Below, in pieces: positions 37,764 to 52,900 of a DNA stretch of 64,000 nucleotides. Origin of the DNA: Eledone cirrhosa (taxonomy: Eukaryota). The translations under genes and the position numbers were made by a program. The stretch covers positions 10,168,001-10,232,000 of the forward strand of contig OZ024764.1 in the NCBI GenBank assembly GCA_964016885.1. Reading direction: 5' to 3'. Position 1 is the first letter of the stretch. Every line of letters begins with the position of its first letter. The notes under the pieces were generated by a model. The model worked only from the letters and a program-made list of their open reading frames with translations, was not told where the DNA came from and ran no database searches.

Positions 37764-40700
37764 GAAATGAGAAAGAGATATAGAGGAAGAATCTACACCA
37801 GTACAGGACTGGTACTTTTGTTTATCGACCTCAAATGGATGAAAGGTGAGATTTGAACTCAAAGAACGTTGAGTTGGAACGAATACTGCAAAGCATTCTG
37901 TCCGACATTTTAACGACTCTGCCACAATTAGCTGTCCCCCATTCCTACCTCACCCATCAACAACACCACCACCACCACAACCACCACAACCACCCACTAA
38001 TATCTACACTACTGCAAAATAAAAAATATATAAAACAATTCAGCTAAGTGGCAGCAGAAGCCCTTACATAGAGTGTCTGTTGGATATCTTCAGTTCTATC
38101 TGCTGTCCATTGAGTTCTACATGTTGGAGCTTCTTAATGGCCTTCTGAGCTGATTTGCTGCGTTTGAATTCCACAAACCCGTAGCCCATTGACATAACCT
38201 GACCTGAAAAAGATATTTCATAGATTTAAAATAGTTAAACAGCTTCCTTCAGTCATAAATGACCATGGGTTTTGCATCTAGAAAGTTCCCCCTATCCCTC
38301 CAAAGCATAAATCTGGGCTGTTTTTTGTGGAAGCCATCGATAAAACTTGGCCTGAAAAAGTAATTTTAAAGATTTTCAAAAGCAGTAAAGACCATACCCA
38401 CTGCAACTTTTGGTCAAGAGTGACCATGGTTTTGCATCAAGAAAGTTCCTCACCGTTCTGAAACACAAGTCTAGGTAAGGTTGTTTTTGTGAATCTGTTC
38501 AGCAATTCTTTCCTGAGACATTCTAACCACATGTCTGTAGTATCAGAGCTGTGATCTCTCAATTCGTAGATTCTTTCCTGAGACATTCTAACCACATGTC
38601 TGTAGTATCAGAGCTGTGATCTCTCAATTCGGAGATTCTTTCTCGAGACATTCTAACCACATGCCTGTAGTATCAGAGCTGTGATCTCTCCATTCAGAGA
38701 TTCTTTCCTGAGACATTCTAACCACATGTCTGTAGTATCAGAGCTGTGATCTCTCAATTCAGAGATTTTTTCTCGAGACATTCTAACCACATGTCTGTAG
38801 TATCATAGCTGTGATCTCTCAATTCAGAGATTCTTTCCTCAGACATTCTAACCACATGTCTGTAGTATCAGAGCTGTGATCTCTCAATTCAGAGATTCTT
38901 TCCTCAGACATTCTAACCACATGTCTGTAGTATCATAGCTGTGATCTCTCAATTCAGAGATTCTTTCCTCAGACATTCTAACCACATGTCTGTAGTATCA
39001 GAGCTGTGATCTCTCAATACAGAGAAGTAGCAGCTCTAACTGGAGCGACACTCTGATCTCCAAGCTACAGACTCTATCGAGTAACGTTACTCTAAAAACC
39101 TTTTGGAAGAACACCATATCGGATGCTTGCATTGTATTTCACGATCATATTCTGTTGGTCATTACACAAGATTCCTGACCATAGGTAAGGGTTGGCATTA
39201 TACCAAATAAAACTTAAGCTATATTATTAAAAGGTCCGTGAATTGGCCAAAATGGAATGTATGCAAGCAGGATATAGTTACTTGTCCCCTCTAAGATGAC
39301 AGTAACTCAGATTAAGAACTGACTTGGTCTGTAACAATCTGTCTTGTCCAACCCATGCCAAAAGACCAGCAATTACCCCAGTACATTACTGGTACTTTAT
39401 GTTATCGACCCCGTAAGGATGAAAGGCAAAGTTAACCTCAGCAGGTTTTAAATTCAGATCATAAAGGTCTGTAACTCTTGCTGCAAAGCATGGGGTCAGA
39501 CCCTCTACTGATACTGCCAATCCCCTGCCCCTATGGTGTCAAAAAATATTGACGATGATAATGATGATGATGTGTAAGGGAAGATAACTCACCTTGGTTT
39601 TTTAAATCCTTTTTGCGTGCCACAATAACGTTTCTGATAGGTCCACACTTTTCAAATGTCTACAACAGTATAAACAATACAAGTTAAATACAGTCATCTT
39701 GATCTTTGTATGGTATGTTACGGTATAGTATGGCCCTGTAATTCCTGAGGGAGTCGTAGAGACGCCATATCTAACATACAGCGTTTCTAGGGCATTTTTT
39801 AAAACTTAACAAAGCACGTCTCCTCTCCAGGTCTGAATACAGCAGATTTCTTCCAAAGTTGATCAGGATGGGAATTGAACTCAGAGAGAATACAAAGAAA
39901 GCCAGAACAAATACTGTAAACCATTTTATCCTACATAGTGACAACTCTAACAATTAGCCACCAGTTAATATTTAGCGTTTAAACGGCCGTATACTGCCAG
40001 AATTCTCTCAACACTTTCTGTTCAAACTGGCTGAAACCGGCTGCTTATCCAACATTAAAGTATTGTTCTCAAAATAAATGATATCAAAATCTCATAGATT
40101 CGATATTATGCGAGATAATTATGTGAGATAAAGTCGTTACTGCGAAAATATTATAGTAAATATGGCTTAGTGGTTAGAGCATTGGCCTTGCAATTGAAAG
40201 GTTGTGAGTTCAATTCTCAGACCGGGTGATGTGTTGTTTCCTTGAGCAAGACACTTTATTTCACATTGCTCCAGTTTACTCAGCTGTAGAAATGAGATGA
40301 TAGGGACTGGGGTCCCTATCATTCCACTGCAAAGTGGTTGTGGAGGTGCCACGGCAAAAAAGCACCCAGCACTCACTGTAAATGAGGTTGGTGTTAGGAA
40401 GGGCATCCAGCTGTAGAAATCAAGCCAGAATCAGTTCCCGTCCTACCCTTGCAAGCAGGGAAAAGTGGACGTAAAATAATGAAATAGAGTAATGTGAATG
40501 CTAAAGGGTTAATCATCAAGCAAGGCATTGTAGCCACAAACTCACCTGCCTTAAATCCGCTTCTTTAGTATCTAAAGAAAGGTTCTTCACAAACATAACA
40601 CTATCAGGTTCCACATCACTTTCCTCCTCTTCCTCGGAAGATTCTCCAGCTTTCTTCTCTACCTGGAAATAAATAAATACATACATAAATAAATGTAGTT

Positions 40701-43700
40701 GTCCTGTCCTGATGTAAATGCATATAATAATTTTTACTAGTGGACAGCTTTCAATGCTCCTGTGTGGGTGTCAAACATGACCTGTCTAACTCACTAAAAG
40801 TTGATAGAAGCCTTGGAGTGGGGAGACCCAAGAAAAATTGGGAAATTATAACACACATAACCCTATCAGTGAAGCCCTTTAGTATAGGGCAACTAACAGA
40901 AGTATTACTGTTACGAAAGGACCTGGGAAATTATAACACACATAACCCTATCAGTGAAGCCCTTTAGTATGGGGCAACTAACAGAAAATTGTATTACGGT
41001 TACAAAAGGAACTGGGAAATTATAACACACATAACCCTATCAGTGAAGCCCTTTAGTATAGGGCAACTAACAGAAGTATTACGGTTACGAAAGGACCTGG
41101 GAAATTATAACACACATAACCCTATCAGTGAAGCCCTTTAGTATAGGGCAACTAACAGAAGTATTACAGTTACGAAAGGACCTGGGAAATTATAACACAC
41201 ATAACCCTATCAGTGAAGCCCTTTAGTATAGGGCAACTAACAGAAGTATTACGGTTACGAAAGGACCTGGGAAATTATAACACACATAACCCTATCAGTG
41301 AAGCCCTTTAGTATGGGGCAACAGAAAATTGTATTACGGTTACAAAAGGAACTGGGAAATTATAACACACATAACCCTATCAGTGAAGCCCTTTAGTATA
41401 GGGCAACTAACAGAAGTATTACGGTTACGAAAGGACCTGGGAAATTATAACACACATAACCCTATCAGTGAAGCCCTTTAGTATAGGGCAACTAACAGAA
41501 GTATTACGGTTTCGAAAGGACCTGGGAAATTATAACACACATAACCCTATCAGTGAAGCCCTTTAGTATAGGGCAACTAACAGAAGTATTACGGTTTCGA
41601 AAGGACCTGGGAAATTATAACACACATAACCCTATCAGTGAAGCCCTTTAGTATGGGGCAACTAACAGAAAATTGTATTACGGTTACGAAAGGAACTGGG
41701 AAATTATAACACACATAACCCTATCAGTGAAGCCCTTTAGTATAGGGCAACTAACAGAAGTATTACGGTTACGAAAGGACCTGGGAAATTATAACACACA
41801 TAACCCTATCAGTGAAGCCCTTTAGTATAGGGCAACTAACAGAAGTATTACAGTTACGAAAGGACCTGGGAAATTATAACACACATAACCCTATCAGTGA
41901 AGCCCTTTAGTATAGGGCAACTAACAGAAGTATTACGGTTTCGAAAGGACCTGGGAAATTATAACACACATAACCCTATCAGTGAAGCCCTTTAGTATAG
42001 GGCAACTAACAGAAGTATTACTGTTACGAAAGGACCTGGGAAATTATAACACACATAACCCTATCAGTGAAGCCCTTTAGTATAGGGCAACTAACAGAAG
42101 TATTACTGTTACGAAAGGACCTGGGAAATTATAACACACATAACCCTATCAGTGAAGCCCTTTAGTATAGGGCAACTAACAGAAGTATTACTGTTACGAA
42201 AGGACCTGGGAAATTATAACACACATAACCCTATCAGTGAAGCCCTTTAGTATAGGGCAACTAACAGAAGTATTACTGTTACGAAAGGACCTGGGAAATT
42301 ATAACACACATAACCCTATCAGTGAAGCCCTTTAGTATAGGGCAACTAACAGAAGTATTACTGTTACGAAAGGACCTGGGAAATTATAACACACATAACC
42401 CTATCAGTGAAGCCCTTTAGTATAGGGCAACTAACAGAAGTATTACTGTTACGAAAGGACCTGGGAAATTATAACACACATAACCCTATCAGTGAAGCCC
42501 TTTAGTATAGGGCAACTAACAGAAGTATTACTGTTACGAAAGGACCTGGGAAATTATAACACACATAACCCTATCAGTGAAGCCCTTTAGTATAGGGCAA
42601 TTAACAGAAAATTGTATTACAGTTACAAAAAAAATTCTAAATAAGCCTACAAGGTAAAAATTAAAAATGGTCATCGCGGACCATTCTGACTGGTCTGCAC
42701 CTATTACACACCCCTGTAGTAGAGGATGTAATGAGTAAAATACTTACCTTCTTCTCGTTAGGGGTGTCGTTGTCGGCTGGGGCTGAACTAGAGTCCTTCT
42801 TCAATGTGGGTGCAGGGTTGACAAAGGTCTGCAGTGGGGCCCATTCCAGATATAGGGGCATGTGGAGGAACTGAAATGGTAGCAAGAAACAATGTGAGGT
42901 GAGGTGAGGTGAAGTGATGGAGGGTAGGTGAGATGAGGTTGGAGGGGATATGTGAATGGGAGGGAGTAGATGGGGGGGGGTCAGGTTTAGGTAGAGAGAT
43001 AGGCCATGGTGAGTGAGTGGAGGGGGGGGGAGGGGTGATGTGAAGCAGATAGAGAAAGAGAGGAGGGTTGAAGTGAGATATGGTTAGGTTAGGTGTGGGG
43101 ATGAAGGGGTATGAGTTGAGGGAAGGGGATGTGAGGTGAGGTAGAGAGAGAGAGGGTGAGTGGAGGGGTGGAGATGGGGTAGGTTGAGGTGAGGTAGTTA
43201 GGTAGAGGTAGAGAGCGAGGAGGTGAAATAGAGAGAAAGAGAGAGGTGAGGGGAGGTTAGGTGAGTGGAGAGAGAGGGAGAAAGAGAAGGAAAGAGAGAG
43301 AAAGAGAAAAAGAGATAGAGAGGAGAAAAAGAAAGAAAGAGATAGATAGAGAGAGACAGGGAGAGAAAAAAAGAGAAAGAAAGAGAGAGAGGAATGGTGG
43401 AGTTGAGGTAAAAGTTACCTTGGTGTACGCGAGGTTCGTGAAAGCTTTCTTCGCTTCACTGGGCGAGAGGAACTCCACAATACAGGAGATTCCAGTGGGA
43501 GGGAAGATAACTCTTCCCAGAGTTCCGTACTTGGAAAACAGCCTAGAAATCTCCTCGGCCTTCGTGCCAGCCGGAAGGTTCTTTACCAATATCACAGTGT
43601 GGCTCCTGGGGCCGGAAGCCTGGTGTGGCCGGGAAACAAAACAAAGAATAGAATTAATGAGATAAAAATTAGGAAAAAAAAAATGAAAAATAATCAAATT

Positions 43701-43754
43701 TCTTAATCATCATTATCATCGTTTAATGTCTATTTTCAACACTAGCATGGGTTA

Positions 43755-43807
<53 letters not shown>

Positions 43808-45362
43808 ACATATATATATATGTGTGTGTGTGTGTGTACATATATATATATATATATACCCATGCAAGCGTGGAACATGGACGTTAAACGATGATGATGA
43901 TATATATATATATATACACACACACAAATATATATATATATATATACACACATATATATATATATGGAGGCACATGGCTTAGTGGTTAGAGCATTGTGAG
44001 TTCAATTCTCAGACCGGGTGATGTGTTGTTTTCTTGAGCAAGAAACTTTATTTCACATTGCTCCAGTTTACTCAGCTGTAGAAATGAAATGTGTAGGCGC
44101 CACGGAAAAAAAGCACCCAGCTGTAGAAATCAAGCCAGCATCAGTTCCCGTCCCACCCTTGCAAGCAGGGAAAGGCGGACATAAGATGATGATATATATA
44201 TATGTATCATCATCATCATCATCATCGTTTAATGTCCATCTTCCACGCTTGCATGGGTTTGGACGGGAGTATTCCCACTTGAGGCAAGATTGGTTGTCTT
44301 GCTCGTATAGGACTGTCTGGCGGGTTTTCTACGGCTGGATTCCCTTCCTAACACCAACCACATTTACAGTGTGGACTGGGAGGTTTTTACCGTGTTACCT
44401 ACACGGCCACATTACAGCGTGGACTGTGTGTTTTTTTTTCGTGACACCTACACGACCTCATTTATTTAGGACTGGATGTTGTGGTACCAACATAACTTCA
44501 CATTTAAGGGGGTGGTGTGGATGGGTGGGGGTGGTGGGACGGGGTGTATTTTTCTTAGAGGTGCCTACTGACTGTAGGTTTCGCTTTGTACTTAGGCAAG
44601 GCGGGTCTTCTCTATATATACATATATATATATATGAAAATATTCAGGACTCCAACGGCTGTTTCGACAGCTAGATCCAAACTGTATAAGTGTATATACA
44701 TATATACATATATACTCTAATTTTCATATATATTTCTGCTCCCTCACAAGTTGAGTTTATTAAGTTGTGTGTGTTGGACTGTTATTTCTATTCAATACAC
44801 GCTTACCACGTTTGACTAGCGGAGCACGAGGTGACAAATTCATCTTTCTGTGTGAACGTTGGCAAATAGTGTTTGTGGCATTTAATCAGATTCTCTCGCT
44901 GATGAAGCCCAGGATTATCTGTTACAAACACACTCAGGGCGAAACAGATTAGGGATAATCTGTCCGAGAGATATAATGGTTATTGAGGCGGTTTGTATAT
45001 TTTATCATTCTGTCTGCTTCTTGGTTAAATATTTCAAACAAATGTGGTTTTTCAACCCTTGTAATTTTAGACACACGGTTTACTGTGTTTCTTACTATAT
45101 ATTATTAATCGGCTCAGTATTTATACTTGGAGCTTAATAGTTACAGGGTTCCAATTGAGTTTTAACTCTAATTTTCATATATATATGAGTATATAGTTAT
45201 GTAATAAACGACATAAGACAATTATTCCATTTACCAAAGGTTTCACGAAGACAGACGAGCTCAACACAGACGTCTGAAATCGCTCATGAGTGTATATATG
45301 TATATATATGTATATATATATACATATATATAAGTATATATACATACATACATGTGTGTATT

Positions 45363-45393
<31 letters not shown>

Positions 45394-48300
45394 CTGTATG
45401 TATATGTATATATGTGGATTTATACATATACACAGATCCGTATGAACAAAACAACCCATGCTAGTGTAGAAAATAGACGTTAAATGATGATGATGTTAAT
45501 GATGATGATGATAGTGATAAATTCAAGAGCAGGTCACCTGACTGAAACTATCCAATGAGACACCATTTTCTAACAGGAAGTCCCTTGTCTCTGCCACAAT
45601 CTGTGTCTCCCCCAATGCAATTCGGACTCCGAGGCTGTCATTTGTCTCCTAAAATATATAAAATAAAACATAAAATATATATTACTGTTTATCATTAATT
45701 GACCAATAATTAAAAATATAATTATAAATATAGTTTCTCAAGAGTTCTTTCATCACACAACTGTGACATCAACAGTGAGTATCATGTTTCTATGTTTCCT
45801 CCTGTTGTGTTCCTATAATGTTTTACTATTTTCACAAGAGTAACATGATAATCACTGATGATGTCACAAATATCTCACATATCAAATCTAAGAGATTTTG
45901 ATGGTATTTATTTTGAGAACAATACCTTAACATCAGTATAAGCAGCTGAATACAGCCAGTTTGAACAGAAAGAGGTGGGAGAATACAGGCCGGATATGGC
46001 TGGTTTAAATGCTAAAGGGTTAACATCAGTATGAGTGGCCAGTTACAGCCGGTTTAAACAGAAAGAAGTGAGAGAATTCTGTCCGGATATGGCCAGTTTA
46101 AACAGAAAGAGGTGAGATAATTCTAGTCAGTTACAGCCAGTTTGAACAGAAATGGGTGAAAGAATTCTGGCCAGTTACAGCCATTTTGAACAGAAATGGG
46201 TGAAAGAATTCTGGCTAGTTACAGCCAGTTTGAACAGAAATGGGTGAGAGAATTCTGGCCAGTTACAGCCAGTTTAAATAGAAATGGGTGAAAGAATTCT
46301 GGCCAGTTACAGCCAGTTTGAACAGAAAGAGGTGGGAGAATTCTGGCCGGATATGGCTGGTTTGAACAGAAAGAGGTAAGAGAATTCTGGCCAGATATGG
46401 CCAGTTTAAACAGAAAGAGGTGAGAGAATTCTAGTCAGTTACAGCCAGTTTGAACAGAAATAGGTGAAAGAATTCTGGCCAGTTATGGCCGGTTTAAATG
46501 CTAAAGGGTTAAACATCAAAGATTTGACTCACAATATCCAAAAGATCTGACTTCTCAATTCCATATTTCTCAGTTAAGACATCCGCAACCGCGTTGCTTC
46601 CCAGGAAGAGTGTGTTCCAGTTGTGAGAGCTAGAAATATATAGGAGACACTACTGATGGTGGTGGTGTTGGTGGTTTAATGGTTGCCATGGCAACAACGA
46701 CGAAGACCACCACCACTACTACTACTACCACTGCAACTACAACTACCACCACCATCACCACCACCACCACCACAACCACTACTATACAACACCACCTCTA
46801 CCACAACAACCACCACCACCTCAACAACACCACAACGACCACAACCACCACAATAACAATGCCACTACCACATTACACCACCACCACAACACCACTACCA
46901 TCACCTCAACAACACCACTACCTTCACCACAACAACCACCACCACCTCAACAACACTACCACCACCACCACCACCACCACCTCAACAACACCACCACAAC
47001 AACACTACCACCACCACCACCACCACCTCAACAACACTACCACAACTACCACCACCTCAACAACACTACAACCACCACCACCTCAACAACACCACAACCA
47101 CCACCACCTCAACAACACTACCACAACCACCACCACCTCAACAACACTACCACCACCACCACCTCAACAACACTACCACCACCAACACCACAACCACTAC
47201 TACAATTACAACTTACCTCTGTGCCTGAGATTTTTTCTTCTGTAAATTTTTCGTCTTATAAGATGAGTCTTTGGAATTTTCTAGTAAAGAAATAGAAAGA
47301 AAGGAGAGATTATGTTGTGGAACCAGCATTACCGTTTTACAGAGTGTACTGGGTGTATTTTATAGTAGCACCATCACTAACACTTTACAGAGTGTACAGG
47401 GTGTATATTATTGTGGCACCAACACAACCATTTTATAGAGTGTACTGGGTGTATTTTACCATGGCACCAGCACTACCACTTTACAGAGTGTACAAGGTGT
47501 ATATTATTGTGGCACCAACACTACCACTTTACAGAGTGTACTGGGTGTATTTTATAGTAGCACCATCACTAACACTTTACAGAGTGTACTCGGTGTATTT
47601 TATCATGACACCAGCACTACCACTTTACAGAGTGTACTGGGTGTATTTAATTGTGACACCAACATCACAACTTTACAGGGTGTATATTATTGTGGCACCA
47701 ACACTACCACTTTACAGAGTGTACTGGGTGTATTTTATAGTAGCACCATCACTAACACTTTACAGAGTGTACTCGGTGTATTTTATCATGACACCAGCAC
47801 TACCACTTTACAGAGTGTACTGGGTGTATTTAATTGTGACACTAACATCACAACTTTACAGGGTGTATATTATTGTGGCACCAACACTACCACTTTACAG
47901 AGTGTACAGGGTGTATATTATTGTGGCACCAACACTACCACTTTACAGAGTGTACTGGGTGTATTTTATTATGGCACCAGCACTACCACTTTACAGAGTG
48001 TACAAGGTGTATATTATTGTGGTACCAACACTACCACTTTACAGTGTACTGGGTGTATTTATAGTAGCACCATCACTAACTCTTTACAGAGTGTACTGGA
48101 TGTATTTTATCATGGCACCAGCACTATCACTTTATAGAGTGTACTGGGTGTATTTAATTGTGACACAAACATCACAACTTTACAGAGTGTATATTATTGT
48201 GGCACCAACACTACCACTTTACAGAGTGTACTGGGTGTATACTATTGTGGGACCAACACCAGAGAGTCCTCTTCAATTCTATATCAAATATAAATGATTT

Positions 48301-49937
48301 GGCTCTAGAGGTGAGGCTGAAAAAATGTTTACCTATTTCTTCAGGATCCTTCTTAATTCTGCTGGGCATTACATGTAGAAGTCTTCCCTGTAAAGAGACA
48401 AAAAAATACATATAAACAGTCCATACTGTAAAGTGGCTGTTTAGGTGTCACGACAAAAACCACCATTCTCTCATTCTCTGTGGATAGATCATTGAGAAAA
48501 TTTACAGTGTTACAGTAAAGACTTTAATATTTAATGTGATGTAGTCATAGTGTTGTTTTGTACTAAATGTTTATAGTATCTTTACTGGTGGACAGATTGT
48601 TGTGAACATTTACAGTATTACAGTAAAGACTTTAATATTTAATGTGATGTAGTCATAGTGTTGTTTTGTACTAAATGTTTATAGTATCTTTACTGGTGGA
48701 CAGATTGTTGTGAACATTTACAGTATTACAGTAAAGACTTTAATATTTAATGTGATGTAGTCAGTGTTGTTTTGTACTAAATGTTTATAGTATCTTTACT
48801 GGTGGACAGATTGTTGTGAACATTTACAGTATTACAGTAAAGACCTTAACATTAAATTGATAGTCATAGTGCTGTTTTGTACTAAATGTTTATAGTATCT
48901 TTACTGGTGGACAGATTGTTGTGAACATTTACAGTATTACAGTAAAGACTTTAATATTTAATGTGATGTAGTCATAGTGTTGTTTTATAATTTTCAAGTT
49001 ATGTCTTGTTAATGTGGTTTGATGTGGTATAGGTCTTTAAAACTTAAAGAGACTAAACCCCCAGCCTCCTCTTCCATCCTCTCTATTATATCCTGTCCTG
49101 TCCCTTTTTCTACCCTATTCTGTTTACTTACTTGAAAGGAGCTGCCATCCATCTCTGATAATGCCCTCACAGCATTTTCGGGTATCATATAGGTGATGAA
49201 AGCAAACCCCTTCATTCTGTTGGTTGCTGTGTCCAGGGGAAGATAAACCTCCACAAGTGCACCTGTCAAAAGATTAATTAAAGTTACAGCCAGGTGAGAA
49301 AAAGAATGGAAAAATTTCCACCAATTTAAATGAGGTAGAAAATGTAATGTACCACATCGAGGGCAGTGTTAGGGTGACTACAAGCGGGATTTGAACTCAC
49401 AATACAAAATCAATGGTAAAATGGTAGAAAGGGGTCAGCATATATTCGAGGTCAATATTTTGATGATTTTAAGGTTTGAGTTTCTTGCCCATCTCTCAGA
49501 CATAAAATAATTGTTTCTATTTTTGGCACAAGGCCAGCAATTACCCAAGTGTATTACCGGTACTTTATTTTATCGACTTATTTTTTCACTTAAATTTAAT
49601 ATGTAATATATATGTAACATATCATTCCACTGCAAAGTGGTCGTGGAGGTGCCACAGAAAAAAAAAGCACCCAGCACTCACTGTAAATGAGGTTGGTGTT
49701 AGGAAGGGCATCCAGCTGTAGAAATCAAGCCAGAATCAGTTCCCGTCCAACCCTTGCAAGCAGGGAAAAGCGGACGTAAAATGATGATGATGATGATATG
49801 TGATTGCCTCAAACAACTTGATTAGTACCTGTTATATGGCAGCTACAACTTCGATTTATACCTAATATAATTTTATATATATATATTAACCCATGCTAGC
49901 GTGGAAAATGGACGTTAAACGAAGATGATGATACTGA

Positions 49938-49987
<50 letters not shown>

Positions 49988-52900
49988 TAAGTATTTCCGT
50001 GGAAAAGGTAAAGGAAAGAAGAGTGCTCTATATATAGTACAGAGCTATTTAATTACATAATAAACAACACAATATAATTATTCCATTACCCAAGGTTTCA
50101 CGAAGTCAGACGATTATAACAAAAGTGTCTGAAGTCACTCAAAGATTCCTTCTGATGAGCGATATCAGACGTTTCTGTTAGAATCGTCTAACTTCATGAA
50201 ACCTTGGGTAATGGAATAATTATATTGTGTTGTTTATTGCATAATTATATATATATATATGGAGGCACATGGCTTAGTGGTTAGAGCATTGGGCTTGCAA
50301 TCAAAAGGTTGTGAGTTCAATTCTCAGACCGGGTGATGTGTTGTTTCCTTGAGCAAGACACTTTATTTCACATTGCTCCAGTTTACTCAGCTGTAGAAAT
50401 GAGATGATAGGGACTGGGGTCCGTATTATTCCGCTGCAAAGTGGACGTGGAGGTGCCACGGCAAAAAAGCACCCAGCACCCACTGTAAAGTGGTCGTGGA
50501 GGTGCCACGGCAAAAAGGCACCCAGCACTCACTGTAAATGAGGTTGGTGTTAGGAAGAGCATCCAGCTGTAGAAATCAAGCCAGAATCAGTTCCCTTCCC
50601 ACCCTTGCAAGCAGGGAAAAGCGGACGTAAAATGATGATGAATGATGATATATATGTGTGTGTGTGTGGGGGGGGGGGGGGTCTCACCATTAACAACAAT
50701 AAACAAGAAATAAACAAGCCACATACCATATTTACTGAAAAGCTGCTCCAGATCTTCTTCTGTACATGTGTAGGGTAAGTTGCGAATAAACAGCCTTCCT
50801 GACTGTAAAGAAGCAAGAATATATATATATATACATACATACATATATATATAGAGAGAGAGAGAATAGTGAAGGCGCATGGCTTAGTGGTTAGAGCATT
50901 GGCCTTGCAATCGAAAGGTTGTGATTTAAATTCTCGGACCGGGTGATGTGTTGTTTCCTTGAGCAAGACACTTTATTTCACATTGCTCCAGTTTACTCAG
51001 CTGTAAAAGTGAGATGATAGGGACTGGGGTCCCTATCATTCCACTGCAAAGTGGTCGTGGAGGTGCCACGGCAAAAAAGCACCCAGCCCACACTGTAAAG
51101 TGGTCGTGGAGGTGCCACGGCAAAAAAGCACCCAGCAGTCACTGTAAATGAGGTTGGTGTTAGGAAGGGCATCCAGCTGTAGAAATCAAGCCAGAATCAG
51201 TTCCCGTATGAGCAAGACAAGGTCAGCCGACCGGACACTGCCCACAACAGGACAACCCGTCTAACCCATGCTAGCATGGAAGAATGGACGTAAAACGGTG
51301 ATAATGATGATGATTCTAAACACTCTCTGTCACTCCTATGTAGAAAAAGAACATTGAGTGCTTGAATTGAATTGCATCAATGTTTACCTTAAGTATATAT
51401 ATAATTAGGATTTAGCTTCATGCGTAGCTGTATATGGATATATATTAGAATTTCGTATTTCTAAAGAAATATGGTATGTTTACAGGTAAATATTGAGAAA
51501 GCCGTAGGTATGTGAAAGCCGTAGCTATGTGAAAGCCGTAGCTATGTGAAAGCCGTAGCTATGTGAAAGCCGTAGCTATGTGAAAGCCGTAGCTATGTGA
51601 AAGCCGTAGCTATGTGAAAGCCGTAGCTATGTGAAAGCCGTAGCTATGTGAAAGCCGTAGCTATGTGAAAGTCGTAGCTATGTGAAAGCCGTAGCTATGT
51701 GAAAGCTATAGCTATGTGAAAGCCGTAGCTATGTGAAAGCCGTAGCTATGTGAAAGCTGTAGCTATGTGAAAGCCGTAGCTATGTGAAAGCCGTAGCTAT
51801 GTGAAAGCCGTAGCTATGTGAAAGCCGTAGCTATGTGAAAGCCGTAGCTATGTGAAAGCCGTAGCTATGTGAAAGCTGTAGCTATGTGAAAGCTGTAGCT
51901 ATGTGAAACACCGGGGCTGACGCCATCTGGTGGTGTCCAGGTGTTTCGAATAGCTACGGCTTTCTAAATGTTTATCTGTAAACATACCGTATTTCTTTAT
52001 AAATACGAAATTCTAATATATATAATGACGTATTATATTCGTTTTTTCCCGTTCTTTGCAGGGAACGTTTCCACGAACCAAAGTATCGTCTTTCTGTCTT
52101 CCTCCGGTTGCAACGTCTTTTGAAATATTCACTTCTGCGTTCACAGATTGACTTTGTTAGTTTCAGAAGATCCCGTTAAGGGTGAAAGCAGCGATTCTTT
52201 GCTTAAACTTTAATCTGTTATTTTAATAAATATTTGCTCTACGGCTCATATATATTAGATATATATTTATCCTTATCGAGCCCTCTTTGGATTTTGTCTT
52301 CAAATTTATTATTATATATATATATAAAGTTCATATGTCTAAGGGTACAAGGTACCCCCAGAAATACATAGGTTGTCTATGATTCAAGGTGGTTCTATGG
52401 TAATAATTTGATATACCAGAACTTAATATCAAGATAAGCAGAACAAGTAAAATTCAACCAATTTTTCAAAATAAATCAAAATTAATTTAAAATTAAAATT
52501 AATCAAAATTAAAAAATATAATATAAATATTTACCTATTTGAATAGGTAAATATTTATATTATATTTTTTAATTTTGATTAATTTTAAATTAATTTTGAT
52601 TTATTTTGAAAAATTGGTTGAATTTTACTTGTTCTGCTTATCTTGATATATATATATATATATATATTTTAGGTTCACAAATAAACACACAGACAAAAAT
52701 TGCCATTTATGTATATAGATATATGGAGAGATAAAGTAAGAGAGAGGAAGTGAGAAAGAGATATAGAGGAAGAATCAACCCCAGTATTAAACTGGTACTT
52801 TTTTTATCGACCTCGAAAAGGATGAAAGACAAAGTAGCACTCAACAGGATTTGAAGTGAGAGAGCAGAGAGCTGGAATGAATACCACAAACCATTTTATC

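Noticed and set aside
46679-47245. 188-aa Thr/His/Pro-rich ORF
   Set aside because: (CAC/CAA)n tract
47317-48297. 326-aa repetitive ORF
   Set aside because: In-frame 48-bp minisatellite, antisense in an RBM19 intron
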